Of a stretch of DNA of 64,000 nucleotides, positions 8,756-17,800 are shown one piece after another. Every line of letters begins with the position of its first letter. The stretch's first letter is position 1. The stretch covers positions 338 through 64,337 of the forward strand of contig JAKSNC010000005.1 of the NCBI GenBank assembly GCA_024400195.1. The letters are read 5' to 3'. The position numbers and the translations under genes are program-made. The notes beneath the pieces were generated by a model. The model had not been told where the DNA came from. It saw nothing but the letters and a program-made list of their open reading frames with translations, and ran no database searches. The stretch comes from Bacteroidales bacterium. Its GTDB lineage: Bacteria; Bacteroidota; Bacteroidia; Bacteroidales; F082.

Positions 8756-8860
8756 CTGCTTTTTTTGTTCGATACCCTGCTTTTTTGAAATAAAAATTTT
8801 TACTCATAGCCAAAATTAAGCCAAAATGCTGTTTTTTGCTTGAAATTCACGATTTTATCG

Positions 8861-8868
8861 TATCTTTG
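8861..8868 (+). promoter_or_regulatory. -7 box (TAnnTTTG)
   Basis: TATCTTTG 18 nt upstream of the ATG at 8887. Confidence 0.5.
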
Positions 8869-8886
8869 CAGCCCAAAACGACGGCT

Positions 8887-9504
8887 ATGCTCATAAAACT
8901 TTATCACGAAAACCCGAGTCAGCGTCATCTCAAAACCATAATGGATTGTCTTGAACATGACGGTGTTATAGTCTTCCCGACAGATACGATTTACGCCATC
9001 GGAGGAAGCGTCAAAAGCACAAAAGCTCTTGAAAAGATAGCGCAAATAAAGGGGATAAAAAAAGAAAAGGCTCAATTTTCATTTATATTCAATGATTTGA
9101 GTATGCTTTCAGAGTTTACTAAACCGATCTCTAATGATGTCTTCAAACTGATGAAGAGAAATTTTCCGGGACCGTTTACTTTCATTTTGGAGGCGAACAA
9201 CAATATCCCCAAGATTTTCCAGAGTAAAAAAAAGACAATAGGCATAAGGATTCCCGATAATCCCGTTGCGCGTCTGTTAGTCAAGGAGTTAGGTTGCCCG
9301 CTGATGTCAACGTCGATAACTTGCGAGGATGAAGTTGTGGGGTTCCCGACGGATCCGGAAGAGATTCACGACATTTACAAAGACCGTGTGGATATTGTTG
9401 TTGACGGCGGTTTCGGCGGTAACGAGGAAAGTACCATTGTCGATTGCACTGATGACGACATAATCATAACTCGTCAGGCAAAAGGCAGCCTGATACGGGG
9501 CTGA
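8887..9504 (+). CDS. tsaC: L-threonylcarbamoyladenylate synthase (TsaC/YrdC/Sua5 family)
   Basis: The motifs VIVFPTDTIYAIG and the FPGPFTFIL-type core. Start chosen at MLIKLYHENP, downstream of the promoter box. Confidence 0.75.
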   Translation: MLIKLYHENPSQRHLKTIMDCLEHDGVIVFPTDTIYAIGGSVKSTKALEKIAQIKGIKKEKAQFSFIFNDLSMLSEFTKPISNDVFKLMKRNFPGPFTFILEANNNIPKIFQSKKKTIGIRIPDNPVARLLVKELGCPLMSTSITCEDEVVGFPTDPEEIHDIYKDRVDIVVDGGFGGNEESTIVDCTDDDIIITRQAKGSLIRG

Positions 9505-9507
9505 AAT

Positions 9508-9556
9508 GTCAACGTAAACTATAACGTAAACGTAAGTGTCGTAAGTGGTTAACGTA
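9508..9556 (+). repeat. short tandem ACGTAA-type units
   Basis: The stretch caACGTAAactataACGTAAACGTAAgtgtCGTAAgtggttaACGTA lies directly after the tsaC stop. Confidence 0.6.
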
Positions 9557-9626
9557 TGATAATGAATACGTTTCCTTTTTTTTGAAAAAAAATTAGAATG
9601 GCGGTTATTTGTTTGGAAAAAAGCCG

Positions 9627-9634
9627 TATCTTTG
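9627..9634 (+). promoter_or_regulatory. -7 box for tRNA-Lys
   Basis: TATCTTTG 19 nt upstream of the tRNA 5' end. Confidence 0.5.
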
Positions 9635-9653
9635 CACTCGCAAATGAGCGGTT

Positions 9654-9726
9654 GACTCGCTAGCTCAGCAGGTAGAGCATCACACTTTTAATGTGGGGGT
9701 CCTGGGTTCGAGCCCCAGGCGGGTCA
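9654..9726 (+). tRNA. tRNA-Lys (anticodon UUU)
   Basis: Hand-folded cloverleaf: acceptor GACTCGC/GCGGGTC, D arm GCTC-AGCAGGTA-GAGC, anticodon loop CTTTTAA, T arm CTGGG-TTCGAGC-CCCAG. Confidence 0.9.
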
Positions 9727-9731
9727 CAAAC

Positions 9732-9763
9732 AAAAAAAGCATCGCAACTGCGATGCTTTTTTT
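9732..9763. terminator. bidirectional intrinsic terminator
   Basis: A7-GCATCGCAACTGCGATGC-T7 lies between tRNA-Lys (+) and the rho stop (-). Confidence 0.7.
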
Positions 9764-9768
9764 GTTTG

Positions 9769-11661
9769 TTATTTGTCTATCGATGCGACAAATTCTTCGT
9801 TGTCTTTCGTCTTTGAAACGCGGTCTTTGAGAAATTCCATGACTTCGATGGGTGTCATGTCGGCGAAGTGGTTTCGGAGCACCCACATGCGGCGCAGCGT
9901 GCTTTCAGGTACAAGAAGGTCGTCGCGGCGCGTTCCTGATGCCACAATGTCGATGGCTGGGAATATGCGTTTGTTCGACAGACGGCGGTCAAGCTGGAGC
10001 TCCATGTTGCCGGTGCCCTTGAATTCTTCGAAGATGACTTCGTCCATCTTGGAACCCGTGTCGATGAGGGCCGTTGCGAGTATCGTCAGCGAGCCTCCGT
10101 TTTCGATGTTGCGTGCGGCTCCGAAGAAACGTTTCGGCTTCTGCAGCGCGTTAGCTTCGACACCGCCGGTGAGTACCTTACCCGATGCCGGTGACACGGT
10201 GTTGTAGGCGCGTGCAAGCCTCGTTATAGAGTCTAAGAGTATAACCACGTCGTGACCACATTCGACGAGGCGTTTTGCCTTCTCAAGTACGATGTTCGCA
10301 ATCTTGACGTGTTTCTCCGCCGGCTCATCGAATGTTGATGCGATGACTTCGGCGTTGACGCTTCTGGCCATGTCCGTCACCTCTTCAGGACGCTCGTCGA
10401 TGAGTAATATGATGAGGTAAACTTCGGGATGGTTCGCGGCGATGGCGTTGGCCACTTCCTTCAGAAGAACAGTCTTACCCGTCTTAGGCTGTGCCACGAT
10501 GAGACCACGCTGGCCTTTCCCGATAGGGGCGAACAAATCCATGATTCTTGTCGAAATAGTGCCGCCTTCGTGCTCCGTTATCTTGAATTTCTCATTCGGG
10601 AAGAGGGGAGTGAGGTAGTCGAAAGGAATCCTGTCACGCACTTTGTCAGGGTCGAGGCCGTTTATTTTATAGACTTTCGTCAGTGGGAAGAACTTTTCGC
10701 CGTGCTTAGGCGGGCGTATGGCTCCGAGCACGGTGTCGCCGGTCTTGAGGCCGAAGAGTTTTACCTGTGACTGTGAGACGTAAACGTCGTCAGGGGAATT
10801 TAGATAATTGTAGTCAGACGAACGCAGGAAACCGAAGCCGTCCGGCATCATTTCTAAAACACCTTCCACCTTGACGATGCTGTCGAATTCCTTTAATATT
10901 TCGTCTTGATTATGCCTGTTGAGATTTTCCTCTATCTCGGCGATAGTCTTCTGATTGTCTTGATAATCATATTGTTCGGCGGGCGATTTTGCTCCCTGCT
11001 CATTATTTGCGTTGTCGTTTCTGATGTCCCTGCGGTTGTTCTTGCGCCTATCCTGCCACTGCTTTTTGCGCTGTTCGTATTGGACTCGCGCCTCTTCAAC
11101 TGCTTTTACGGCTGTGTCTTCTCCGTTTTCGGTTTCGTAATGAACCTTCCCTTTTACTTCCGGCTCTACTTCTTTTTCTTTTATCTCCTTTTCTTCTTCG
11201 AAGGTCTCTTCAAAAATTTCTTCAAAGGCTTCTTCTTTTGCCGGTGCCTGTTCTACGACTTTTTCCTCCGGCTCGCTGAAGTCGGTGTGCTGCACTTTGT
11301 CCTGCTCCTCTTCGGTATTGATGAACGTCTTGACGGCTTTGGCTATCCTCGGACGTTTTGCGCGCTTCGGACGGCCTTCGTCATCAGAAGCTGCCTCCGA
11401 ATGGCTTTCTTCTGTACGTTTTTCATCTGGACGGCTCTCTTCTGCAACAGTCGTTTCTATCTTCTTTTTGCGCCCCCTTTTTTTAGGAACTATATCATCT
11501 ATATCATTTAAAGGAGATGAAATACCTTGATGCTTAATGATGTTGCGGATGAGTGCGTCTTTGTCAGAGCCTGCGTTGGCAATGTTCATCCCGACCGCGA
11601 TTTCATTCAGTTCGGCCAACGACTTTTCATTGAGTTCTGAAATATTGTACATCAACGACAA
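9769..11661 (-). CDS. rho: transcription termination factor Rho with long low-complexity insert
   Basis: C-terminal RecA-type ATPase ([15 protein letters not shown]). RNA-binding domain starts at [17 protein letters not shown]. Residues about 46-262 are a K/E/R/D-rich insert. Confidence 0.95.
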   Translation of the reverse strand: MSLMYNISELNEKSLAELNEIAVGMNIANAGSDKDALIRNIIKHQGISSPLNDIDDIVPKKRGRKKKIETTVAEESRPDEKRTEESHSEAASDDEGRPKRAKRPRIAKAVKTFINTEEEQDKVQHTDFSEPEEKVVEQAPAKEEAFEEIFEETFEEEKEIKEKEVEPEVKGKVHYETENGEDTAVKAVEEARVQYEQRKKQWQDRRKNNRRDIRNDNANNEQGAKSPAEQYDYQDNQKTIAEIEENLNRHNQDEILKEFDSIVKVEGVLEMMPDGFGFLRSSDYNYLNSPDDVYVSQSQVKLFGLKTGDTVLGAIRPPKHGEKFFPLTKVYKINGLDPDKVRDRIPFDYLTPLFPNEKFKITEHEGGTISTRIMDLFAPIGKGQRGLIVAQPKTGKTVLLKEVANAIAANHPEVYLIILLIDERPEEVTDMARSVNAEVIASTFDEPAEKHVKIANIVLEKAKRLVECGHDVVILLDSITRLARAYNTVSPASGKVLTGGVEANALQKPKRFFGAARNIENGGSLTILATALIDTGSKMDEVIFEEFKGTGNMELQLDRRLSNKRIFPAIDIVASGTRRDDLLVPESTLRRMWVLRNHFADMTPIEVMEFLKDRVSKTKDNEEFVASIDK

Positions 11662-11760
11662 AAAATTAAAAAAGATTAAAAATTAAAAAAGATTTTTTTC
11701 AGGAAACTTACTTAAAACGCATATCGGAGACACCCGATTCTGCTTTTGGTTTTGCGGCTG

Positions 11761-11768
11761 CAAAGATA
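11761..11768 (-). promoter_or_regulatory. -7 box for rho
   Basis: TATCTTTG on the minus strand, about 99 nt upstream of the rho ATG. Implies a U-rich leader. Confidence 0.45.
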
Positions 11769-11840
11769 AGCATTTTTTGCAGTCTGAAAGAAAAGTTGAT
11801 ATTTTTTTTTGTAACTTCGCACGTTTTAAATACTTTCACG

Positions 11841-12893
11841 ATGTCGATAAAAAAAGTTTTTGTATTGCTGCTTTCAGCCGCTTTTGCTTTTCCTATGTTT
11901 GGACAAGATTCTTATAAAGTCGGACTTATAGGTTTTTACAACCTTGAGAATCTTTTCGATACGATAAACGACCCGAATAAAAATGACGAGGAATTTCTCC
12001 CTGACGGGAAAAACAGATGGAATACCGAGAAATATACTGTCAAGTTGCGACACATGTCTGAAGCCATCGCGACAATAGGCACTTACGATAAAGATGATAA
12101 GTTTTACGTTCCCGACGGAGTCGCCGTCCTCGGCCTCTCGGAAATGGAAAACAGACAGGTTCTTGAAGACCTTGTGGCACAACCGGCCATCAAAGACAGA
12201 AACTACCAGATAGTGCATTACGATTCTCCTGACAGGCGCGGCGTTGATGTAGGACTGATTTATAATCCAAAGTATTTTAAGCCGACGAACACCAAATCGT
12301 ATCCGCTCCACGTTCCCGGACAACCTGAGTTTATAAGTCGTGACCAGCTCGTCGTTTCCGGCCTCTTCGATGGTGAAAAAATCCACATCATCGTGATGCA
12401 CTGGCCTTCAAGATACGGCGGCGAGAAACGCTCTCTGCCAGGTCGTATGGCTGCCGCTGACCTCTGCAGGCACATCGCCGACTCCATCATCGCCGACGAA
12501 CCGGACGCGAAGATAATAATGATGGGCGACTATAACGATTATCCCACAAATAAGAGCATTACCAAAGGACTTCGCGCTGTCGGAAAGGTTTCAGACATGA
12601 AGGACGGCGATTTCTTCAACCCAATGTACGAACTTCACCAGAAAGGCATAGGGACTAATTATTACGGTGATGTTAAAGGTGTTCTCGATCAGACGATAAT
12701 CACCAAGGCTCTGCTGCGCACGGATTTCAGTACGTACCAAATGTATAAACCCGTCGTGCATTCAAAAGAGTTCCTCAAGCAGCACGGCGGGCGTTATAAC
12801 GGTTATCCTTATCGTTCCTTTGCGGGAGGCGTGTGGCAGGGCGGATATTCCGACCACTTTCCGGTTTATCTCATTCTTCTGAAAAAGATGTAG
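11841..12893 (+). CDS. endonuclease/exonuclease/phosphatase (EEP) family protein, secreted
   Basis: Signal peptide MSIKKVFVLLLSAAFAFPMFGQ. Motifs YNLENLFD, GLSEMEN, MGDYND and SDHFPV of the EEP fold. Confidence 0.75.
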   Translation: MSIKKVFVLLLSAAFAFPMFGQDSYKVGLIGFYNLENLFDTINDPNKNDEEFLPDGKNRWNTEKYTVKLRHMSEAIATIGTYDKDDKFYVPDGVAVLGLSEMENRQVLEDLVAQPAIKDRNYQIVHYDSPDRRGVDVGLIYNPKYFKPTNTKSYPLHVPGQPEFISRDQLVVSGLFDGEKIHIIVMHWPSRYGGEKRSLPGRMAAADLCRHIADSIIADEPDAKIIMMGDYNDYPTNKSITKGLRAVGKVSDMKDGDFFNPMYELHQKGIGTNYYGDVKGVLDQTIITKALLRTDFSTYQMYKPVVHSKEFLKQHGGRYNGYPYRSFAGGVWQGGYSDHFPVYLILLKKM

Positions 12894-12898
12894 AAAAC

Positions 12899-12940
12899 CT
12901 CTAACTTCTAACTTCTAACTTCTAACTTCTGTCTTCTCTC
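12899..12940. repeat. TTCTAAC heptamer array
   Basis: CTAAC TTCTAAC x3 TTCTGTC TTCTCTC. Spans the 14-nt gap between convergent genes and the last 10 codons of pdxA. Confidence 0.9.
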
Positions 12941-13930
12941 TTTAATGATGTCGAGAGCAATAAAAATCGCGTGTCTGAACGATTCGGGGTTGGCTGTGCC
13001 TTTGCCGGCGATGTCGTAGGCTGTGCCGTGCGCGGGCGATGTCGTTATCACCGGAAGTCCTGCCGTGAAGTTGACGCCTCCGTCAATGGCGAGCGTCTTG
13101 AACGGTATGAGTCCCTGGTCATGATACATGCTCAACACACCGTCGAACTTCGTCCATGACGCAGCTCCGAAGAAACCGTCTGCGGCGTATGGCCCGAAAG
13201 CCATGATTCCACTTTCCGTCGCCTCCTTGATGGCAGGAATGATGATGTCGCGCTCCTCCTGACCGAGAACTCCGTCCTCACCGGAATGCGGGTTGAGGGC
13301 GAGAACCGCAATCTTCGGCGCGTCAATGCCGAAATCTTCCTTCAGCGTTTTGTTCATTATCTGAAGTTTGCTGAGAATGAGTTCCTTGCTGACGGCTCCC
13401 GAAATGTCTTTAACAGGAATGTGGTTCGTGACGGTGCCGACTCTCAGTTTTTCCCAGACCATCAGCATAAGTGCCTTGTGATCTTTGAAGAAAGAACTCA
13501 CAAACTCGTTGTTTCCGCTGTATTTGAAACTGTCGGACTTGATACTTCTTTTATTTATAGGTGCGGTGACCATTGCGTCAATATCGCCTTTGAGGAGGTC
13601 GTTCATGGCGAGTTTGAGGGCCGCCGCAGCCGCCTCGTCCGCCGTATGTGTGGAAATGCCGACTTCAATCTTCAGTTCCTCGTCAGTGTGGTTTATTATG
13701 TTGATGCGTCCCGCCTGAACTCCTGAAATGTCGCGTATCACTGCGTATGACATCTCTTCGAGGCCGAAACGTTTCTTGTAGTACGAGAAGACTTTCGATT
13801 GCCCGTATATCACAGGCGTGAAGTTCTCGAAAATGCGGCTGTCGCTTAGTACTTTGATTATCACTTCATAACCGATGCCGTTGATGTCGCCTTGCGTTAT
13901 GCCTATTATTGGAAGTCTTTTTGTGTTCAT
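12908..13930 (-). CDS. pdxA: 4-hydroxythreonine-4-phosphate dehydrogenase
   Basis: The motifs ITQGDINGIGYEVI, LNPHSGEDG and SPAHGTAYDIAGKGTANP are typical of PdxA. Confidence 0.9.
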   Translation of the reverse strand: MNTKRLPIIGITQGDINGIGYEVIIKVLSDSRIFENFTPVIYGQSKVFSYYKKRFGLEEMSYAVIRDISGVQAGRINIINHTDEELKIEVGISTHTADEAAAAALKLAMNDLLKGDIDAMVTAPINKRSIKSDSFKYSGNNEFVSSFFKDHKALMLMVWEKLRVGTVTNHIPVKDISGAVSKELILSKLQIMNKTLKEDFGIDAPKIAVLALNPHSGEDGVLGQEERDIIIPAIKEATESGIMAFGPYAADGFFGAASWTKFDGVLSMYHDQGLIPFKTLAIDGGVNFTAGLPVITTSPAHGTAYDIAGKGTANPESFRHAIFIALDIIKERRQKLEVRS

Positions 13931-13975
13931 GTCTTGTTATTGAAAAAATAAAAATCTTTATTGATGTCCCGAAAC

Positions 13976-15409
13976 TTATTTTGTCTTCGCCATCTTTCTG
14001 AAATAGTCGGCGAGCAGTCTGACGTGAATTCCTGTTCCGCCGATGCCTCTGTAACTGTCTTTGTGTTCCAAGAAGGCTGTGGCGGCAATGTCGAAATGCA
14101 CCCACGGATAGTCGGTGAAGTGCTCGAGGAACTTGCCGGCCATAATCATTCCGGCGAATGGTGCGCCCGTGTTCTTGATGTCGGCGATGTCAGATTTGAT
14201 GAGTTCGCCGTAGTCTTCCCACATCGGGAATTTGACGAGGCGCTCGAAGACGTCGAAACCTGATTGTTCGAGGTCGGAGTAAATCTTATCGGCGTCTTTT
14301 TCCATCACCACGGATGCAAGTGGTCCGATGGCCCGCGACGCGGCTCCGGTGAGCGTCGCGAAGTCGAAGACGCACATCGGGTTATAATGTTTGGCGTATG
14401 ATAACGCATCGGCGAGGATGAGGCGTCCTTCGGCATCGGTGTTGAGTATTTCGACCGTCGTGCCGTCGTACATCGTTATGACGTCGCCAGTCACGTGGGC
14501 GTTGCCGTCGATTCTGTTGTCGGTGGCGGGTACAAGGGCGATGACATGCACCGGCAGCTTGGCTTTGGCAGTCGCATAAACGGATGCCGCCACCGAAGCC
14601 GCTCCCGACATGTCGTCCTTCATATCATCCATGATAGAACCTGTTTTGAGGTTGTATCCGCCGGTGTCGAAGACGATTCCCTTGCCGACGAGGACGACTG
14701 GATTTGCGTTGACGGCGTTGTCCGGCTTCCATTCGAGTATGGTGAACGTCGGTTCATCCTGACTTCCGGCGTTGACAGCCAAAAGACCGCCCATCTTCAG
14801 CGTCTCAATCTTCTTTTTGTTGAAGACTTCCGCCTTGCCTCCGACACTTCTGACTTTTTCGCTAATCTGTCGCGCAAGTTCTTCGGCGTTAAGCTTGTTA
14901 ACGGGCTCGTTTACAAGGTCGCGCGCCCAGCAGGTAGCATCTAATGTCGCATTCAGAAAGTTGAAGTCTTCGGTGTTAAATGACTGGTCTTCAATGATAA
15001 TTGACTCAAGCGTGTTGTCTTTTTTCTCCGTTTGATACTTATTGAATTTGTAGTTTGAAAGGACGAGCCCTTCCGCAAGTGCGATGATTTCGTCCTTGTG
15101 CGGTTCTACTGTTTTTATTGCGATTTCTGTCTGTTTGTTGTCGTTGAGATGTCCGCAGATGTCGAATCCCGCCTTTCTGCAGTCTTCCAAACGGATGTGT
15201 CTTTCTTTTTCGTTGTTAAGGAAAACGATATATAGAAATTCCGAAAACCTGTTTATCTGGATGATTTTCTTTTTATTATTGAATTGGTTTTCAATATATT
15301 CTCTTTCTAATTCCGAAAAAATGTTCTTTTCAAGCTGATGAATGTCATCAAGGATGAAGACGATGTTGCGGCACTGTCTGCCTGCCGCCGGCATTATGGT
15401 AGCTGTCAT
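13976..15409 (-). CDS. pepA: leucyl aminopeptidase (M17)
   Basis: The motifs VGKGIVFDTGGYNLK and NTDAEGRLILADAL. Confidence 0.9.
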   Translation of the reverse strand: MTATIMPAAGRQCRNIVFILDDIHQLEKNIFSELEREYIENQFNNKKKIIQINRFSEFLYIVFLNNEKERHIRLEDCRKAGFDICGHLNDNKQTEIAIKTVEPHKDEIIALAEGLVLSNYKFNKYQTEKKDNTLESIIIEDQSFNTEDFNFLNATLDATCWARDLVNEPVNKLNAEELARQISEKVRSVGGKAEVFNKKKIETLKMGGLLAVNAGSQDEPTFTILEWKPDNAVNANPVVLVGKGIVFDTGGYNLKTGSIMDDMKDDMSGAASVAASVYATAKAKLPVHVIALVPATDNRIDGNAHVTGDVITMYDGTTVEILNTDAEGRLILADALSYAKHYNPMCVFDFATLTGAASRAIGPLASVVMEKDADKIYSDLEQSGFDVFERLVKFPMWEDYGELIKSDIADIKNTGAPFAGMIMAGKFLEHFTDYPWVHFDIAATAFLEHKDSYRGIGGTGIHVRLLADYFRKMAKTK

Positions 15410-15424
15410 AATGAAAAAATATTT

Positions 15425-16690
15425 TTACAAAGGTGATCTATTTTGTGGAATAGATAAAATCGAACTCAGTTCTTTGACGATTTTCTCCGTTGCCCCGAGA
15501 TTCCTGCGAAGGAAGTCGTTGCAGATGCTCGAAGTCTGTCTCAGGAAAGCCTCGTCGTTGATGAAACGCATAAACAACTCGTTCATCTCGTCCTGATTGG
15601 CGAGACTGTATGCGCCGCCTTCTTTCACAAGGTCAACGGCCTCCTTGAACATGCCGTATATCGGGCCGAAAGTGACAGGACAGCCATAGACAACAGCCTC
15701 CTGTGTGTTGTGTATCGTGTCGTCGTAACCGCCGCCGATATGTACAAAACGGGCGTATCGGTAAATCTTCGACAATATTCCTATCGTATTGAGTACCAGA
15801 ATTTTACAATGATTTTTCGGATTTATTTCCGTGTAAAGCTGGTAGTCGCTTTCGAGTAACGCCGTAATCTGCCTGATATGGCTGTCGTTGAGATGATGAG
15901 GCGCGATGATGAGGCAGTAGTCGTCGGGCATTGTCTTTGAAAATTCGTGCAGCATTTTCTCATCGGTTTTCCACGTGCTTCCGGCGACGATGCACTTTCT
16001 CCCGTCGATAAATTCCTCTATTTCGGGGAATGAGGCAGGCTGCTGCGCGATGTTATAAACCCTGTCGAAGCGTGTGTCTCCGGTAATCGTTATCTTGTCG
16101 GTTCCGAGAAGCTTCAAGGCCTGTGCCGTTTCGTCATCCTGCGCAAAATAATAGTCGATATATGTCAAATGTTTGCGAAACCATCTGCCGTAAGGCTTGA
16201 AGAAATATTGGTTTTGGCGGAGCAGCATCGACACATAATACATCGGTATTTTGTTGTCGTGCAATACTTTTATGTAGTTGAACCAGAAGTCATATTTTAC
16301 GAAGAAGGCGGCTTTTAATGGAAACGCCCTGACGAGTCTTTTTGCATTGCAGATTGTGTCGGACGGCATGTAGGCCACGCGGTCGGCGCACGTCTTGTCC
16401 TTCTTTATCTCATATCCTGAAGGCGAGAAGAACGTCAGTAGAATCTTGTATTTCGGGAAATTCTTTTTGATTGCTTCTAAGACGGGCAGCCCTTGTTCGT
16501 ATTCACCTAACGACGACACATGCATCCAAATCCATTCATGTTTTTTTTCTTCTTCGGAGAGGTTTAGTATTCCTTTCCATTGTCCGCGTCGTCCGTCGCG
16601 CCACTGGACGGCTTTCTTGTTGCCGAAAAAGGCTGCGATGGAAACTGCCGCAGAGTAAAGTCTTATTCCAAAAGAGTAAAGTAATCTCAT
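15425..16690 (-). CDS. waaA: 3-deoxy-D-manno-octulosonic acid (Kdo) transferase
   Basis: The motifs WMHVSSLGEYEQGLPV and LLTFFSPSGYE, with a GT-B C-terminal half. Confidence 0.85.
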   Translation of the reverse strand: MRLLYSFGIRLYSAAVSIAAFFGNKKAVQWRDGRRGQWKGILNLSEEEKKHEWIWMHVSSLGEYEQGLPVLEAIKKNFPKYKILLTFFSPSGYEIKKDKTCADRVAYMPSDTICNAKRLVRAFPLKAAFFVKYDFWFNYIKVLHDNKIPMYYVSMLLRQNQYFFKPYGRWFRKHLTYIDYYFAQDDETAQALKLLGTDKITITGDTRFDRVYNIAQQPASFPEIEEFIDGRKCIVAGSTWKTDEKMLHEFSKTMPDDYCLIIAPHHLNDSHIRQITALLESDYQLYTEINPKNHCKILVLNTIGILSKIYRYARFVHIGGGYDDTIHNTQEAVVYGCPVTFGPIYGMFKEAVDLVKEGGAYSLANQDEMNELFMRFINDEAFLRQTSSICNDFLRRNLGATEKIVKELSSILSIPQNRSPL

Positions 16691-16692
16691 TT

Positions 16693-17469
16693 CTAATCGT
16701 AATAATATTCGGCCGGCATTCTCTTGTAAGTAGGTATGTAGATGGCGACGCGTATTCCGTAGAAACGGTCTGTGAAGTTGCTCGGCCCTTTGCCCATAAG
16801 GTTGAAATCGTAGTCGCGCATGGCGTGTGTGTTGGCCTGAATTACCTCAAACGACAACGAGAAGTTGAATATTCTCGTGTTGCTGAGGAAGAGGTAGCCT
16901 ATCTCGCCCGAATAAGCGAAACCGCCGCGCATTCTGTCGTAACCGTATTTGTAGTCGCCGGCGAGGTTAGCCGGTGTCGAGATGTATGACGAAAATTCAA
17001 TCTTTATCCTGTTTTGCAGATAGCCTACGCCCGCGCTGATGAAGAATCCGCAGTTGGGGTTCGGTGCCAAGATGTTGAAAATCTTCGTCACTTTCGCCTG
17101 AAAATGGCAGCCGCGCTCGAAAAGTGAATAACTTCCGTAGATTCCGTCGCCCGTTATGAGTTCGCCGTTCTCGGTGAGGATGCACCCCATGAGATCCTTG
17201 CGTGCGATATCGACGTTCTCGCTGAAGATGTAGTTGCCGTTGATACCGAACATCCAGTTCGATTTGGTCTTGTAATAGATGCCGCCGCCGACGGTCGAGT
17301 TGTTCCCGTAAAGGTCGCGCGTGTCGGCTCCTGGCCCCTGAAAGGCATAAGTGCCTTGAAACATTACAGTCGAAATCTTCGCTTTCATTATGTCCTGCTG
17401 CGCTTTGAGCGTGACGACGCAAAACATGGCCGAGACAAGGACGAGTGCTTTTTTACCGAGATTCATCAT
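16693..17469 (-). CDS. hypothetical outer-membrane beta-barrel protein
   Basis: Start at MMNLGKKALVLVSAMFCVVTLKAQ (signal peptide). Alternating aromatic/Gly beta-strand pattern. Lies 2 nt upstream of waaA. Confidence 0.5.
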   Translation of the reverse strand: MMNLGKKALVLVSAMFCVVTLKAQQDIMKAKISTVMFQGTYAFQGPGADTRDLYGNNSTVGGGIYYKTKSNWMFGINGNYIFSENVDIARKDLMGCILTENGELITGDGIYGSYSLFERGCHFQAKVTKIFNILAPNPNCGFFISAGVGYLQNRIKIEFSSYISTPANLAGDYKYGYDRMRGGFAYSGEIGYLFLSNTRIFNFSLSFEVIQANTHAMRDYDFNLMGKGPSNFTDRFYGIRVAIYIPTYKRMPAEYYYD

Positions 17470-17540
17470 AAAGGTGTGAAATAATCTGCAAAAATAATAA
17501 ACCTTTTCAAACAATCAGTCGTTCGTTTGAAAATAAAGGG

Positions 17541-17548
17541 TAACTTTG
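17541..17548 (+). promoter_or_regulatory. -7 box (TAACTTTG) far upstream of the M16 peptidase gene
   Basis: Perfect TAnnTTTG. A second box TAATTTTG lies at 17585-17592. Both are more than 200 nt from the ATG at 17801. Confidence 0.35.
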
Positions 17549-17800
17549 CACGAATTTTTTTCGATTTGTCACAAAATACGACCGTAATTTTGTTCTTTTT
17601 ATGGTGACTTCTAAAAATTGCTTTGCAATGATTTTGAAGATTTTGTCAGACAGATTGCTGATTTGAACGAAGGAGCAATGCGGGCATTGTAACTGAGTGA
17701 AAACCAGCAAGATGGCGACAAAAATTCAAAAGCACGCAAAAGATTTCAGAATAGCCTCAAAAAAATGTTTAAAAATCGTGGAATTTATAGAAGTCACCAT

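Noticed and set aside
8637-8813. N-terminal 59 codons of the 215-aa track ORF (8166-8813).
   Set aside because: The extension runs through the SRP RNA gene and its promoter. The hydrophobic DUF4199-like protein starts naturally at MDFEP (8636).
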